Of a stretch of 64,000 nucleotides of DNA, positions 1 to 11,903 are shown piece after piece. Made by a program: the position numbers and the translations under genes. Every line of letters starts with the position of its first letter. Position 1 is the first letter of the stretch. Under the pieces are notes generated by a model. The model had not been told where the DNA came from. It saw only the letters and a program-made list of their open reading frames with translations, and ran no database searches. Source of the stretch: Rebecca billardiae RCC1528 (lineage: Eukaryota > Protista > Haptophyta); contig OZ251243.1 in the NCBI GenBank assembly GCA_965240325.2, positions 868,001 to 932,000 on the forward strand, given 5' to 3'.

Positions 1-86
1 GCCCGCGGGTACGGCAGCGCGGCGGTGCCAAAATGTCTCACGGCCGTGAGCAGCATGGCCACCATGCCGGCGATGATGGGGGTCAT
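1..86 (-). CDS. 5' end of a possible gene running off the window (hydrophobic, signal-peptide-like N-terminus)
   Basis: ATG at 86 reads MTPIIAGMVAMLLTAVRHFGTAALPYPR and stays open to the window edge; divergent from the YbaB-like gene. Confidence 0.3.
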   Translation of the reverse strand, partial: MTPIIAGMVAMLLTAVRHFGTAALPYPR

Positions 87-184
87 CAAAGCGATTGACG
101 AGACATAAGCAGCCGCCGCCGCCGCGCCGGGCGCGGCGGGTGCCACGCGTCGCGTACACGCGTCGTCATCTGCGTGCATTTGCA

Positions 185-706
185 ATGGCCGCTTCCGCTG
201 CTGCCGTCTTCCTCGCGCTCGTGCCGAGCTACGCGCCGGCCGCGTCGCGCCTCGGCGCCTCCGCGGTGCGCCACCCGATGGTGGTGCCCACCGCGTCGGT
301 CGCGATGCTGGGCAACCTTGGCGACTCGCTCAAGAAGGCGCAGGACATGATGAAGAACATTTCGCCCGAGAAGCTTAAGAAGGCGCAGGAGATGAGCATG
401 AAGATGCAGGATCTGCAGAAGGAACTCGCGGCGACCGAGATCGAGTGCAAGTCGGCGGATGGGAAGATCACCGTCCTCTACACCGGCCAGTCCGTCCCGC
501 TCTCGGTGAAGGTCGAGCCGGATGCGATGGAGGGCTCGGCAGAGCAGCTTTCCGAGCAGCTCAGCAACGCGCTCAAGCAGGCGTTCATCAACAGCCGAAA
601 GCACGCGGACAGCCGCATGATGGAGCTGTACGAGGAGGCGGGGCTCGGCGACCTGATTCGGGCGCAGCAGGCGGCCGCGGCGCAGCAGGGCGGGCAGTCG
701 GAGTAA
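185..706 (+). CDS. YbaB/EbfC-family protein, probably plastid-targeted (STIC2-like)
   Basis: ATG 185, signal/transit-like leader, then KKAQEMSMKMQDLQKELAATEIECKSADGKITV...GQSVPLSVKVEP, typical of YbaB/EbfC. Confidence 0.8.
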   Translation: MAASAAAVFLALVPSYAPAASRLGASAVRHPMVVPTASVAMLGNLGDSLKKAQDMMKNISPEKLKKAQEMSMKMQDLQKELAATEIECKSADGKITVLYTGQSVPLSVKVEPDAMEGSAEQLSEQLSNALKQAFINSRKHADSRMMELYEEAGLGDLIRAQQAAAAQQGGQSE

Positions 707-1162
707 TTCCTTGCCGTGGCCAGACGACGTCATGTACGCAGATGATGACTATGTGACAAGCAGACAGGCTGCGCGACTTCGAACTTGGGTGTCACTCGTC
801 AGCCCAGCAGTAGGGACAGTGTCGACGCGACGCGTATGCAGAAGTCTGCGTTGCGCGCACATTTTATCTTCATCGTTATTTATTGATGCAGGTTTAAATA
901 TTTATTTATTTATTTATTTATTTCCGAGTCGCGAATAGCAGCTATATACGGACTATCAGTCATCAGAGGCCTCTGGCTCTGAGCTAGGCGCCACTGGGGC
1001 ACTGTGGCGCGGCGCACTCCGGGCCCCGCGAGTCGCGGCAGACGCCGACGGCGAGTCGGCGACGGCGAACGGCGCGATCGACGCATCAGCGAGACTGAGT
1101 ACACAGTACTGACGCCACGGTGACTCACGCTGACGGCCCCCGGATTCTAGTAACATAATTAA

Positions 1163-1217
1163 ATATATATATATATATATGATGATGATGATGCTGATGA
1201 TCGTCATCAGCATCATC
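1163..1217. repeat. (TA)n + (GAT)n microsatellites between convergent genes
   Basis: atatatat...gatgatgatgatgctgatgatcgtcatcagcatcatc. Confidence 0.8.
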
Positions 1218-1549
1218 AGTACAGTCGCGCGGCCCGCCGCCGGACGGGCCCCGGGCTAGGTGACCCGGTCGGTGCCTACAGGAGGGCATCAGTGATCACA
1301 TCCGGTCCGCGAGTGCTGACGTTGTCGTTGACGGTGCCGGCAGTGCGCATCATCAAACGCCACGGCGGTCCATGCGGGCACCGCCGCCGCGTGATGACGA
1401 CAGACGAGAGGACTGCGCGGACAGACGAGTGATGCCCAGCGCGGGTAGGGCCACGGGGCCCCACGTGAGTCCCTCCTCGAAGCGGCGTCGTGTGCGTACT
1501 GTGCGTAGCACAACTGCGACTGCGGCTCATCGTGTACGCTGGGGATTCG

Positions 1550-2608
1550 TCACTCGACAGGCTCGTGCGGCCCAGTCGCACATCCAGGCACGGAGATGAA
1601 GTCGTCGAAGTCCCATCGCGACTGGTTGCAGCACGGCCAGCGCTTGCCGCCGTCGTGAAACACCGGCGCCTGTGCGTGGTGCGTGCATGCCGAGGGCCCG
1701 TTCTCGTCGAGCCTGTAGTCGCGCTGGCACCCTGCAGGCGAGCGTGAGGACGGGCGCGTGCGCGAAGGATGTCCGGGCGCGCTCGTCACTCCGGGCACGG
1801 GGAGAGCGCACGCAGCGCGAGCGAGCGCCCGGACTCGCGGCACGACGCCGCTCGACGCGTGGGTGGCATGCGCGCGCGCACCGTAGTGGCGGCACCGTGC
1901 CATGCCAGGCGGGAGCTTGGGCGGCGCCTTTGGCTTGGGCGGCGGCGGCGCGGCGGGCGAGATATCCGGCGCGGCGGAGGGCTTTGGAGCTGCCTGCGCT
2001 TGCATCAAGCGCTCGGCGACGCGGGCCGCCTGCTCCTTGACGCTCTCATCCGCCTCCGCCGTCGCGGCGGGCGGCGTTGTCGAGTGCCGGCCGCGCGCGC
2101 AGCCTGGCACGGCGAAGAGGGCGTCGAAGTCGTACACCTTCTGCTCCTCGCAGCACGACCACCACTTGCGCGTGTCGTGGAAGACCGGGGCGCCGACGTG
2201 GTGGCAGCACGCGTCGTCGGCGTTCTCCTCCTCGCGGAACTTCTTCTGGCAGCCATAGTTCTTGCACGTTGGGAGCGCCGCGCCCGCGCCTGTGCCGTCG
2301 GTTCCGGCCGTGCTCGAGAGCGGCACGAGCCACACCTCCTGGCGCTCGGTGAAGACCTCGCCCATGATCGCGTCACCAGCGAGAACCTTCCACGGCGAGC
2401 GCGCGAACGGCGAGACGTCCTTGATGCACAGCTGCCACTCGGCCCGCTCGAGCGGGGCGTCTGCATGCTTCTTGTTGTACGTCGAGACGTACGTGTCCAG
2501 CAGCTTGTCGGACGGCAGCTGCAGCCACTTGGCGGGCAGCGTGATTGCGAGCTGGTACCGCGCACGGCCCGCCGCTTCGTCCTCGCGGATGTCGACGAAG
2601 ACCTTCAT
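1550..2608 (-). CDS. CHORD (Cys/His-rich Zn) two-domain protein, RAR1/CHORDC1-like
   Basis: Two CHORD motifs: CKNYGCQKKF...CCHHVGAPVFHDTRKWWSCC and CRHYGCQRDY...CTHHAQAPVFHDGGKRWPCC. An in-frame 150-nt GT-AG intron at 1732-1881 splits the second motif. Confidence 0.88.
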   Translation of the reverse strand: MKVFVDIREDEAAGRARYQLAITLPAKWLQLPSDKLLDTYVSTYNKKHADAPLERAEWQLCIKDVSPFARSPWKVLAGDAIMGEVFTERQEVWLVPLSSTAGTDGTGAGAALPTCKNYGCQKKFREEENADDACCHHVGAPVFHDTRKWWSCCEEQKVYDFDALFAVPGCARGRHSTTPPAATAEADESVKEQAARVAERLMQAQAAPKPSAAPDISPAAPPPPKPKAPPKLPPGMARCRHYGARAHATHASSGVVPRVRALARAACALPVPGVTSAPGHPSRTRPSSRSPAGCQRDYRLDENGPSACTHHAQAPVFHDGGKRWPCCNQSRWDFDDFISVPGCATGPHEPVE

Positions 2609-2931
2609 CGCGCCCGCGCCGTCCCGTCGTCGTCGCGCGGCAGTTGTGGCGCCGTCGCCACCGTGCGCGGTCTGGGCGCGAGATCAGAATTGCCAGAATG
2701 GCGCCTCCCTGCTGCCCTGGTCCCCTTGCCCGGCCGGCCCGGACTCCTGACGGGAACCAGTGGGAGCTCGTCAGGACTTCTACGACGAAACTCCTCAAAC
2801 TCGCTCGTGTATTTAAAAAATCGGACGTCATTCGCCGTGGCCGTGGCCGGCCAGCCCTCGCGAGTTCACGGCCGACCCGAGCCACCAGGGCGACGGCGCG
2901 AGGGACAACGCAGCCAGACGGCGACGGCGTG

Positions 2932-4643
2932 ATGAGGTATCGGCTCGCTTGCGTGGCGTTCGCTTGCTCTCTCCTGCTGCCCGAGGCCAGCAGCTTCTGC
3001 ATGCAACGCGTGCACCATGTGAAGCGCGGGCGCGCGGGCTTGATTGTGGCCGGGCTCAGCCCCGCGACGCTCGCCAAGCCGACGCTGCCGTACGACTGGA
3101 CGCGCCAGTGGTACGCGGTGGACTTTGTGAAGAATGTACCGTCCACTCCCGATCCGATGCCGTATGCCGTCTTCGGGCACAGCCTCGTGCTCTGGCGTGA
3201 CGAGACCGGCACGATACGCGCGCTTGAGGACCGCTGCCCACACCGCGCGGCGCGGCTCTCGGAGGGCCAGGTGCGCGACGGGAGGATCGAGTGCAGCTAC
3301 CACGGCTGGCAGGTGCGTGCGTGCGCAAGAGCTCCCGGCGTAGACGTTCACGCCCCCTGTCCGTCCGGCGGCGCGTGGCCGTGGTCGCCACGAAGGACAC
3401 TCAGCGATGATGCGCTAACTCACGCGCATGCGCCGCGCGCCCGCGTGCGCGCGCCCCTTCGCCTGAGCAGTTCGACGGCACAGGCACGTGCGTGCGGATA
3501 CCGCAGCTGGAGGCGAACGCGAAGATGCCCGCGAAGGCGTGCGTGACGCGGTACCCCGTGGCCGAGCGCGAGGGCGTCGTCTGGGTCTGGATGAGCCCGG
3601 AGACTCCGGCGGCGGAGCTGCCGCCGCCGCCGTGCAGCGTCGACGACCTCGACGCGAACGGATCCGAGTTTCTGGTCTACGACTTCCTGTACGAGCTGCC
3701 GTACGACGCGTCGTTCCTGGTGGAGAACCTGCTGGACTACGCGCACATCGACATCAGCCACGACCGCACGCCCGGCGGCGGCTTCCGCGAGAACGCGCAG
3801 CCGTTCGACTTTGAGGTGGACGAGCCGCTCGGCGCGAAGGGCTTCTCCGGAAGGTACCGGAAGGCGGGGCTGGACAAGGAGGGCGGGAAGAAGCCGTGGG
3901 TGGAGGTGCTGTTCGAGGCGCCGGGGATCGTGCGCAACCGGAGCGAGCGGGGCAGCTTCGTCTTCTCCGCCGCGCTCCACTGCATGCCCGTCGCGCCGGG
4001 CCGCTCCCGCCTCCTCTTCCGCGTTGCGACGCGCGGGCTGCCGCGTGTCGCTCGCTGGCTGTACCGGCTCCGCCCTGGCTGGCTGCGCCACCTCAACAGC
4101 TGCAAGATCCTCGAGCAGGACGTGGGGCTGATCGCGACGCAGGAGGACGTGCTCTCGGCGTCGAAGCGGCCGCTGCGCGACGAGTTCCTACCGCTCCGCT
4201 CGAGCGACGCGCTCGTCGTCGCGTACCGGCGCTGGCTGGACGCGGTGGGCGAGGGCATGCCCTGGGCGGTTGGGTGGGGCAAGCGCGTCGGCCCCGCCCT
4301 CGCCAAGGCGGCCCCCGAGGCGTCGGCGCGTGCGCCCGCGCCTGGGCTGGACCGCTCGCACCGCGCCGTGGCCGAGGGGCGGTACACACGCCACGTCTTG
4401 CACTCGCGCACCTCGCGAGAGGCGCTGGGCAACGTGCGGCGCACCAAGCAAGCGCTCGCCGTCGCGGGCGTGTGCGCCGCGCTCGTGAGCGCGGCGGCTG
4501 CGCCAGGCGGCGCGGCCGTCGGCGCGGCGTGCGTGGCCGCGGCGGGGCTGGGTGGCAGCGCCGCCGCGTCACGGCTGGAGCGGTGTTTCTACGAGAGCTT
4601 TGACCGCAGGACGCAGCTGCGCGAGCGCGGGCGAGCCTACTGA
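2932..4643 (+). CDS. Plastid Rieske non-heme oxygenase (PAO/TIC55/PTC52 family)
   Basis: Signal peptide ending ASSF; Rieske motif DRCPHR...CSYHGWQ|FDG across intron 3313-3470; mononuclear Fe motif ENLLDYAHIDISH. Confidence 0.9.
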
Positions 4644-4994
4644 GTGCGGGAGGATCGTGACTACAGAGTACAGTCGTGGCATCATCAGCATGTCCATGAT
4701 GATCATCATCAGCGCACCGCCCCATCGAACGATCGAACCGGCGGCTGCCGCGAGCTGGCCAGGGTCTGCTGCTTATAGAGCCTTAGACGACGACTTATTA
4801 TAGTAGACAGTAGTGCCGCCGGGAGGCCGGTCCGAGGCTCCGAGGACCGAGTCGCTGTCAGACCGAGCGCCCCGCGTTAACCGACAGTACCGAGCCGCGT
4901 AGTATGTATATAACTCGACTCCGACTCAAACTCGAGGGCCCGTGCCGACTCAGACCGTGGCGACGACACATTTTCTGATAGACTGATTACCATA

Positions 4995-7900
4995 TTAGAG
5001 GTCGATGAGGGAGCCGATGAGATCAGGCACAGGTGCTGCCGGTGGCGGCGCCGGTTGCGGCTGTGGCAGCGAGGCCCCCGGCTGCTGCATGGGCTGCGGA
5101 GCAGCGTAGGCTTGCTGCGCGGGCGGCGGCTGCATCGGCTGCTGCGGCGGGGGCTGCTGCATGGCGCCGGTGTCGTATTGCGTGCCCTGAGGAGCGTACG
5201 CATACTGCTGCTGCTGCGGCGGCTGCTGCTGCGTCATCGGCTGCTGCGGCGGCGGCTGCTGCTGCGGCGGCGGCATCGGCTGCTGCGGCGGCGGCTGCTG
5301 CTGCGGCGGCGGCATCGGCTGCTGCGGCGGCTGCTGCTGCTGCGGCGGCGGCATCGGCTGCTGCTGCTGCTGCGGCGGCAGCGGCGGCGGCTGCGGCTGG
5401 CTGGACGCATACGAAAGCGAGGAGATGTCGGAGGACTGGCTCATCGTCTGAGGGATGTGTGAGGAGGGCTGCGGCGAGGGCTGTTGCGGCGGCGGCAGCT
5501 GCTGCTGCGGCTGGGGCGGCTGCGGCTGCTGCGGCGGCGGCTGCGGCTGCTGCGGCGGCGACGGCTGCGGCGACGGCTGCTGCGGCGGCGGCAGCTGCTG
5601 CTGCGGCTGTGCGTACTGGGGCGCCATCGGCGGCGGCAGCGGCTGCTGCGGCTGCGCCGCCTGTGCCGGCGGAGGCGGCGCCTGCGCGTATGCCGCTGGC
5701 GGAGGCGTCACGTGCTGCGCGCCGTGCGGTGGTGGCGCGGGTGAAGCGTAGCCGGTGTAAGCGGCCTGCTGCTGCTGCTGCTGCTGCAGTGGCAGCGGCT
5801 GATACTGCTGCGGCGGCGGCGGCTGCTGCTGCTGCGGCGGCGGCGGCTGCGGCGGCGGCGCCGCCGCCGCCGCATACTGCTGCTGCTGCTGCGGCTGCGG
5901 CGGCTGCTGCGTGCTCGGGTGCCGCGTGCCCACGGACGCGCCTGCGCCGAGCAGCGCGCGCGCGCGCTGCGCGGCAAAGCGCGTGTGCGCGTCGAGCGAC
6001 GCGTCCACCGCGAGCTCGTGCACTTTCTCGGAAACGTCCTCGGCGATGCGACCGTGCAGCGCGGCCGCGCGGTGCGGCGACAGCAGCAGCACTTGCAGCG
6101 CGCCGAGCGCGTGCGGCGTGAGCGTCGGCTCAGCCTCGCGGCAGCGGAGCGCGGCGAGCAGCGCGGGCGCGAGCGCGCTCGCCACGTGCTCGGAGAGCGA
6201 GGCCACGCCGTGCATCGACGCTGCCTGCGCGAGCACCCAAAGTGCGCACGCCGCGGCGCGCGCGCCGCCGCCCGCCGGCCGTGTTGTGCCAGCCTTGGCC
6301 GCCTCGGCGAGCGCGAGCTGCGCCGCGGGCCCGACGGCATCCGGCCCGAGCGCCGCCATGGCTGAGGCGAGTGCGAGCGATGCTTCGGTCTGCAGGGCGC
6401 AGCTCTGCGCGCGCACGCAGCGCGCGAGCAGCCCGGCCGCGCCCTCGGCGCCGAACTGCGCCGCGCCGGCCTCGCACAGTGAGAGAGTGCCTATGGCGCG
6501 CGCGGCCGCGGCCGCGAGCTCGGCGTCCACCGGCGGCGGCGCGTCGAGCGTCGCGCCGAGCACGGCGCACAGCGGTGCGCACACGCCCGCCTCGGCGATC
6601 AGCTCCGTCACGCCCGCGCCGCCCGCGCTGCAGAGGTCCGCGAGCAGCTCCGCCGCTTCGATCAGAACGAGCTCGTCGAGCGCGCGCGGCGCGGCGCGGA
6701 GCGCGGCCGCGCCTTCGGCCGAGCCGGCGGCGGCGGCGGGTGGCGGCGCGCGCAGGGCAGCAGGCATCTTGAGCGCTGACGAGCGCTGCGCGCCACTCGC
6801 GCCGCCGCGCGCCGAGCCGCCGCCACCCGCCGAGCCGCCGCCGCCACCGCCGCCGCCCGCCGCGTGCGCGGGCAGCTGCGAAAGAGCGTGCCGTAGCGCC
6901 GCCGCCGCGTGCGGCTCAGCAACCGCCTGCGCCAGCTGCAGCGCGGCGGTCTGCGAGCCGCGCGCGCCGGCCGCGCCGCACATGGCGCGCAGCGCGCGCA
7001 GCGCGGCGAGCGCGCAGCGCGGCTCGCCGCCGCTGAGCAGCTCCACCACCGTCACGAGCGCGCCGTCGCGCAGCATCGACTCCCGAAACCGCCCGTCCGC
7101 GCACAGAGAGCCGAGCACCGCCGCCGCCGCCGCCTGGACGTCCAGGTCCTCGTGCTGCAGCAGCGCGACGAGCGAGAGGTGCCAGCCGGCGGCGAGGAAG
7201 TGGGCGGCGAGCGAGGGCGGCGGGGAGAGCTTGGCGAGCGCGAGGACGGCGCACTCCTGCGCCGGACGGCGGCGGCGGCGCGTGGGTGCGGCTGAGTGGG
7301 CGCGCGCGCGCGCCGTGCGGGGCGGGGCGCCGTGCGCGTGTGCTCGCGCACAAAAGGCGCGGCGCGTGCACAGCGTGGTTGGGTGTGTGCGCGTGCGCGG
7401 CGCGCGCTCGGCCGCACCTGCGTCGGCGCGTCGGGCGACGGCAGCAGCTCCGCCAGCTTGGGCACCACGCCCACCGCGCACAGAGCCTCGTTGTTTGCCT
7501 GCCGACGCCGACGGCGGCGGCGACGCGCGCAGCGTAACAGGCAGGGCAGGCGCGGGCGGAGAGCGGTGAGCGGGCAGGAGGGTGCGTGCGTCGAGTCGCG
7601 CGGCGAGCGAGCCGCTGCTGGCCGGAGTGCGGAGGCAGCGGCTGGCAGCGCGGCGCGGCCGAGCGCGGCGGCGGCGGCGGCGGCGCACCTCGCTCATGGC
7701 AAGGTTAGCGACGGCGCGCGCGGCGTTGCAAACAAGCGGCGGGTGCGGGTCACTCAGACACTCGACGAGGGGCGACCTGCAGCGCGTGGGTGAGCCGGGC
7801 GGCGCGCGCGGCGCGGCGCGAACCGCGCGCGCGGCGGAGGCGCGGCCGATGTCAGCGGTGCGCGGCGGAGAGCGGGGCGGGCGGGCGCTGCGGGGCATGC

Positions 7901-10900
7901 GCGGCGCACGACCGCACGGCGCGCGCGCGCGCGGGCGCGCACATCGTGATCCGCAGGGTGTCGCAGTACCGCGGGTCAGCGGCGAAATGCGCGAGCGTGC
8001 CGACGAGCGCAGCGCGCCCGTCCGGCTGCGCTGCGCCGTCCGAGCCCGCGGGCACCGTCAGCAGCCGAATCAGCTGCCCAACGATCCCCATGGAATAAAG
8101 GACCTCGCGCGCGGCCTCCTCCTCGGCAAAGGCGAGTACCGCCTCCGCCGCGCGCGTCTGCGTGCTCGGGTTCTCCGACGACAGAATCCCCACAATGGAC
8201 GAGACCGAGGAGACGTCCGAGAGCAGCGCGCGCCGGTGCGTCGGGTCGGACGCGAGATTTGCAATCTCGCGGCTCACCTCTTGCTGCACCGCGTCTGTGC
8301 CCACGTTGAGCGCGACGAGGAGCGCGGCGAAGCCGCCCATGTTGTACACCTGTCGCCACTGCCCGCGCACGACGTTGGCCAGCGCGAGCGTCGCGCGCCG
8401 CTTCGAGTCCGGCTCGCCCGTCCCCAGCAGCATCCGCGTGAGGGAGGTGATGGCCCCCGTCGCCTCGACGGCGCGCGCGGCCGCGTCGTCTTGGCCAGAG
8501 AGGATGCCGAGCGCGTACACGGCGTTCATCTGCACGTCGAGGGTGGGAGAGTGGAGGAGCGCGGCGAGCAGCTTGGTCGCGTCCGCCGCGCCCACCGCCT
8601 GCGCGAACGGCGCGCACTGCGCCAGCTGGCCGATCAGCAGCGCCGCCTGCGCCTGCAGCCCCGTGTCCCGGTGGTTCAGCAGCGTCACTAGACCGAGCGC
8701 ACCGCCGACTTGCAGCAGCTGCGTGCCCGCATCCGACGGGTCGGCGGCGCCGATGTTGCACAGCGCGGCGAGCAGCATGTGCAGCGTCGCGTCGTCCGCC
8801 CCGAACAGCAGCTCGCCGAGCCGCATCGGCACGCCCGCCGCCGCGAGCGCCGGGATCCCGGACTCGACGAAGGAGAGGTTGGCCACAGCCGAGAGCGCGC
8901 AGCGCGCCACGTCCGGCGAGCGATGCGAGAGCTGCGTGGCGAGGGCGTGCGAGACGCCGAGCTCGGCGAGGGTGCCGCGGAAGCGCTCGTCGCTCGCGAA
9001 GTGCGCCACCGCCTGCACCGCCGCGCCGGCCAGCTCGGGGTCCGCGCCCAGCAGCGCCACCAGCTGCGGCAGCGCGCCCTGGGCAAACAGCGTCTCGCGC
9101 GCGCGCGCGTCGTTGGCGATGCCGGCGATCGCGATGGCGGCCTGCGACTGCATCACGCCGCCGGAGCGGCGGAGCAGCGAGACGAGGTGCTTCGACGCGG
9201 AGGGGTCGTGCAGCAGCAGCGAGTTGATCGCGCCCGAGCGCGCGAGGTTCGAGAACGCCAGCTCCGCCTCCGAGCGCACCGCCGCCGAGCGGTGCGACAG
9301 CAGCTGCAGCAACGGGCTCAGACAGTTGTTGTCGATGATCGACGACACGTGCTGCGCGGACGCGGACATCTGCGCGATCGTGCTGACCGCCTGCAGCGCG
9401 GTCTGCTCGTCCGGGCTGAGGAGCGACTCGGAGAGCAGCACCACGCCGCCCGACTCGCGCAGCGAGTCCGTCGCCGCCGAGTCGCCCGCGGAGAGCTCGG
9501 ACACCGCGCGCATTGCCGCTGAGCGCAGCGCCGAGTCTGGCGACGACATGAGTTGCGTGAGCGCCGGCACGCCGCTCGACTCGCGCACCGCGGCCTGGAC
9601 GCGCTTGAGCGCGCCGCCGCCCGCGCCGCCGAGCGCGAGCAGCAGCTGGATCGCCTCGGTCAGGAACTCCGCCGGCAGCTGCGTCTGACCCAGCACCTGC
9701 GCGAGCGGCGCGGCCGCGCCCGCGTCGACGAGTGCCGACGCGCAGCGCGAGGATCGCGCGAGCTCTCTCGCGAGGCCGAGGCCGGCGTCGCGCGTCTGCG
9801 CGTTGCGCGAGCGCAGCAGGCCGACGACGTGGGCGAGCCCGCCGCTCTCCGCCGCCTGCGTCCGCGCGTCCGCGTCCACCGCGGCGATGATGCTCAGCAG
9901 CGCCGCCGCCTCCTCCTGCGTCGCCGCGCTCGGCGACGCGAGCGCGGGCGCCAGCACAAACGCCGCGCCCGCGCGCGCCACCTCGCGCGCCGCGCTCTCG
10001 TCGTCGGCGCACAGCCGCGTGAGCGCGCCGCACACCCACTCGAGCTGCGCGTCCGGGCACGACTGCTCCATCAGCACCTCCGAGAGCGCCGCGGTCGCGC
10101 CGAGGGAGACGGCGGCGCGGCGCAGAGAGTCGTGGTCGAGCAGCAGCGCGACGGCTCGACACGCGTGCGTGCGAGCCTCGGTGGACGCGCGGCGCGACTG
10201 CACGAGCGCGAGGGCGGGCTGCATCAGCGAGGGCTCGGTCTGCGCCAGCGCGGGCAGGTACGCCTCGTAGTGCGCCATCGCCGCGAGCAGCTTCACCGCC
10301 GCGCCCTGCACGTGCACCGGCGAGCCCGAGCCGAGCAGCTCGGCGAGGCGCTGCAGGGCGCTCAGAGTCTTGACGCTCTGGATGAGCGCGGGCGCGGCGA
10401 ACTGCGGGTCGAAGGCGGCCCACTCGGCGAGCGCCTTGAGGCCCTGCTGCTGCGCCGTCGGCTCCTTGTCGCGCAGCCGGCTCACCTCCTTGCTCAGGCA
10501 CACCGGATCCCCCGCCTCGAGCTGCGCATGGCACGTGTCGCACACGCGCACCGCCTCTTTGAAGCCGAGCGCCGGGATGGCGATGCGCTTCGAGCACACG
10601 GCGGTGACGAAGCACTGCCCGCTGCGCGCGCGGCGTGGCGGCGGGCGCGCGAGGGCGGGAGCGGGCGATCAGCCCCCGCGCGCGCCAGCGAGGGCGGGAC
10701 GCGCCGAGCGTGGGGCGAGGGACGGCGCGGGCCGCGCCGCGGCCGAGCGGAGAGCGCGGCCCGGCGCGTGGCGCACACACCAGTAGCGGCAGTGGTGGCG
10801 GCGGTTGGTGAGCGTGAACTTGGTGCCCGTGAGGAAGCACGCCACCGCGTCCTTGTTCGACACCCACTCGTGCGCGCGCAGCATCTCGCCGTCGTCATCG

Positions 10901-11660
10901 TACGTCGTGTCGTTGTCGTCGTCGTCGCCGAGCGAGGTGGCGAGCCGACCGTCGCGGTCCTCCCGCTCGCGCGCGGCGCGGCGCTGCTCCTCCTCGCGCG
11001 CGTCCGCCTCCTCGATCGCGGCGATCGCGGCGAGGTCCGCCGCTGTCAGCTCGCTCCCGGGCCGCGCGCCCTCGCTGCCCAGGCTGTACCCACCACCGCC
11101 GCCGCCACCGTTGGGCCCAAGCGAGTAGGAACCGGAGGCGGAGGGCGGCGGAGGGGCGCCCGTGCTCGCGGCCGCGGCTGGCGGCGTCCACTGCGTGTGC
11201 CCGCGGGCGCGATCGATGTAGTACGTCCTGCGTGGTCGCGCGCGCGCGCGAGCCTCAGCCTGACCGCGCCAAGGGCGCGGCGAGCGCGCGCGTGCCGACG
11301 CGCCAGCGCGACACCGGCAGGGCGCGCGCAAGCGCGCGCCCTCGCGCGCGCATACCGGCCGCTGTCAGGGTCAACGCGCGCCTCCCAGCCCGGCGGCAGC
11401 GGGCCTGAGCCGTTTGGCGCCCCACCTCCGCCACTCCCGTCCGACGGCGGCGTCCACGACGTCTGGCCTGTGGACGTGTTCACATAGTACGGCTTACCCG
11501 TCTGCGCGGCGGGCCGAGCGCGCGCGCGCGTGCGCGCGCGGGCGCGCCAGACAACGCGTGAGCGCGCGAGCGGCGATGGCGGCGGGTGGGACATGGCGCG
11601 GCGCGCATGACGCACGTTCGGATCGACCATCATCGTCCAACCCGCGGGAAGGGACGACAT
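4995..11660 (-). CDS. WW-WW-FYVE-armadillo-repeat protein with a P/Q-rich tail ending in LIDL
   Basis: Seven exons joined by GT-AG introns: 11660-11616, 11501-11356, 11227-10781, 10621-7943, 7776-7689, 7498-7418, 7256-4995. Two WW domains (LPAGW..YYVN..TSWTPP; LPPGW..YYID..TQWTPP), FYVE (RRHHCRYCG...RVCDTC) and many ARM repeats. Confidence 0.85.
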
Positions 11661-11903
11661 GACGGCGGCGCGATACTTGGCGGACGCGGGTCTCGGCGGC
11701 CTGGCGGCGGTGCTGGTTGCTTGCGAGCGCTGGGCTGGGCAGCAGGCAGGGCTGCCGGAGCACCGGACTGGCTAGCTGACGAAGCCGTGTAAACGTGCCT
11801 AAAACCGGGAGCGGCGTACACGGTCGGCCTCTCGGCCAGGGCAACCGGGAGACGAGACGAGACGAGAGGGGCGGCGGGCCGAGCCGCAGCACCGTTGGCC
11901 GGC

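Noticed and set aside
5033-5900. Gly/Cys-rich metallothionein-like or poly-Ala ORFs on the + strand
   Set aside because: Antisense shadows of the P/Q-rich tail of the FYVE-ARM gene.
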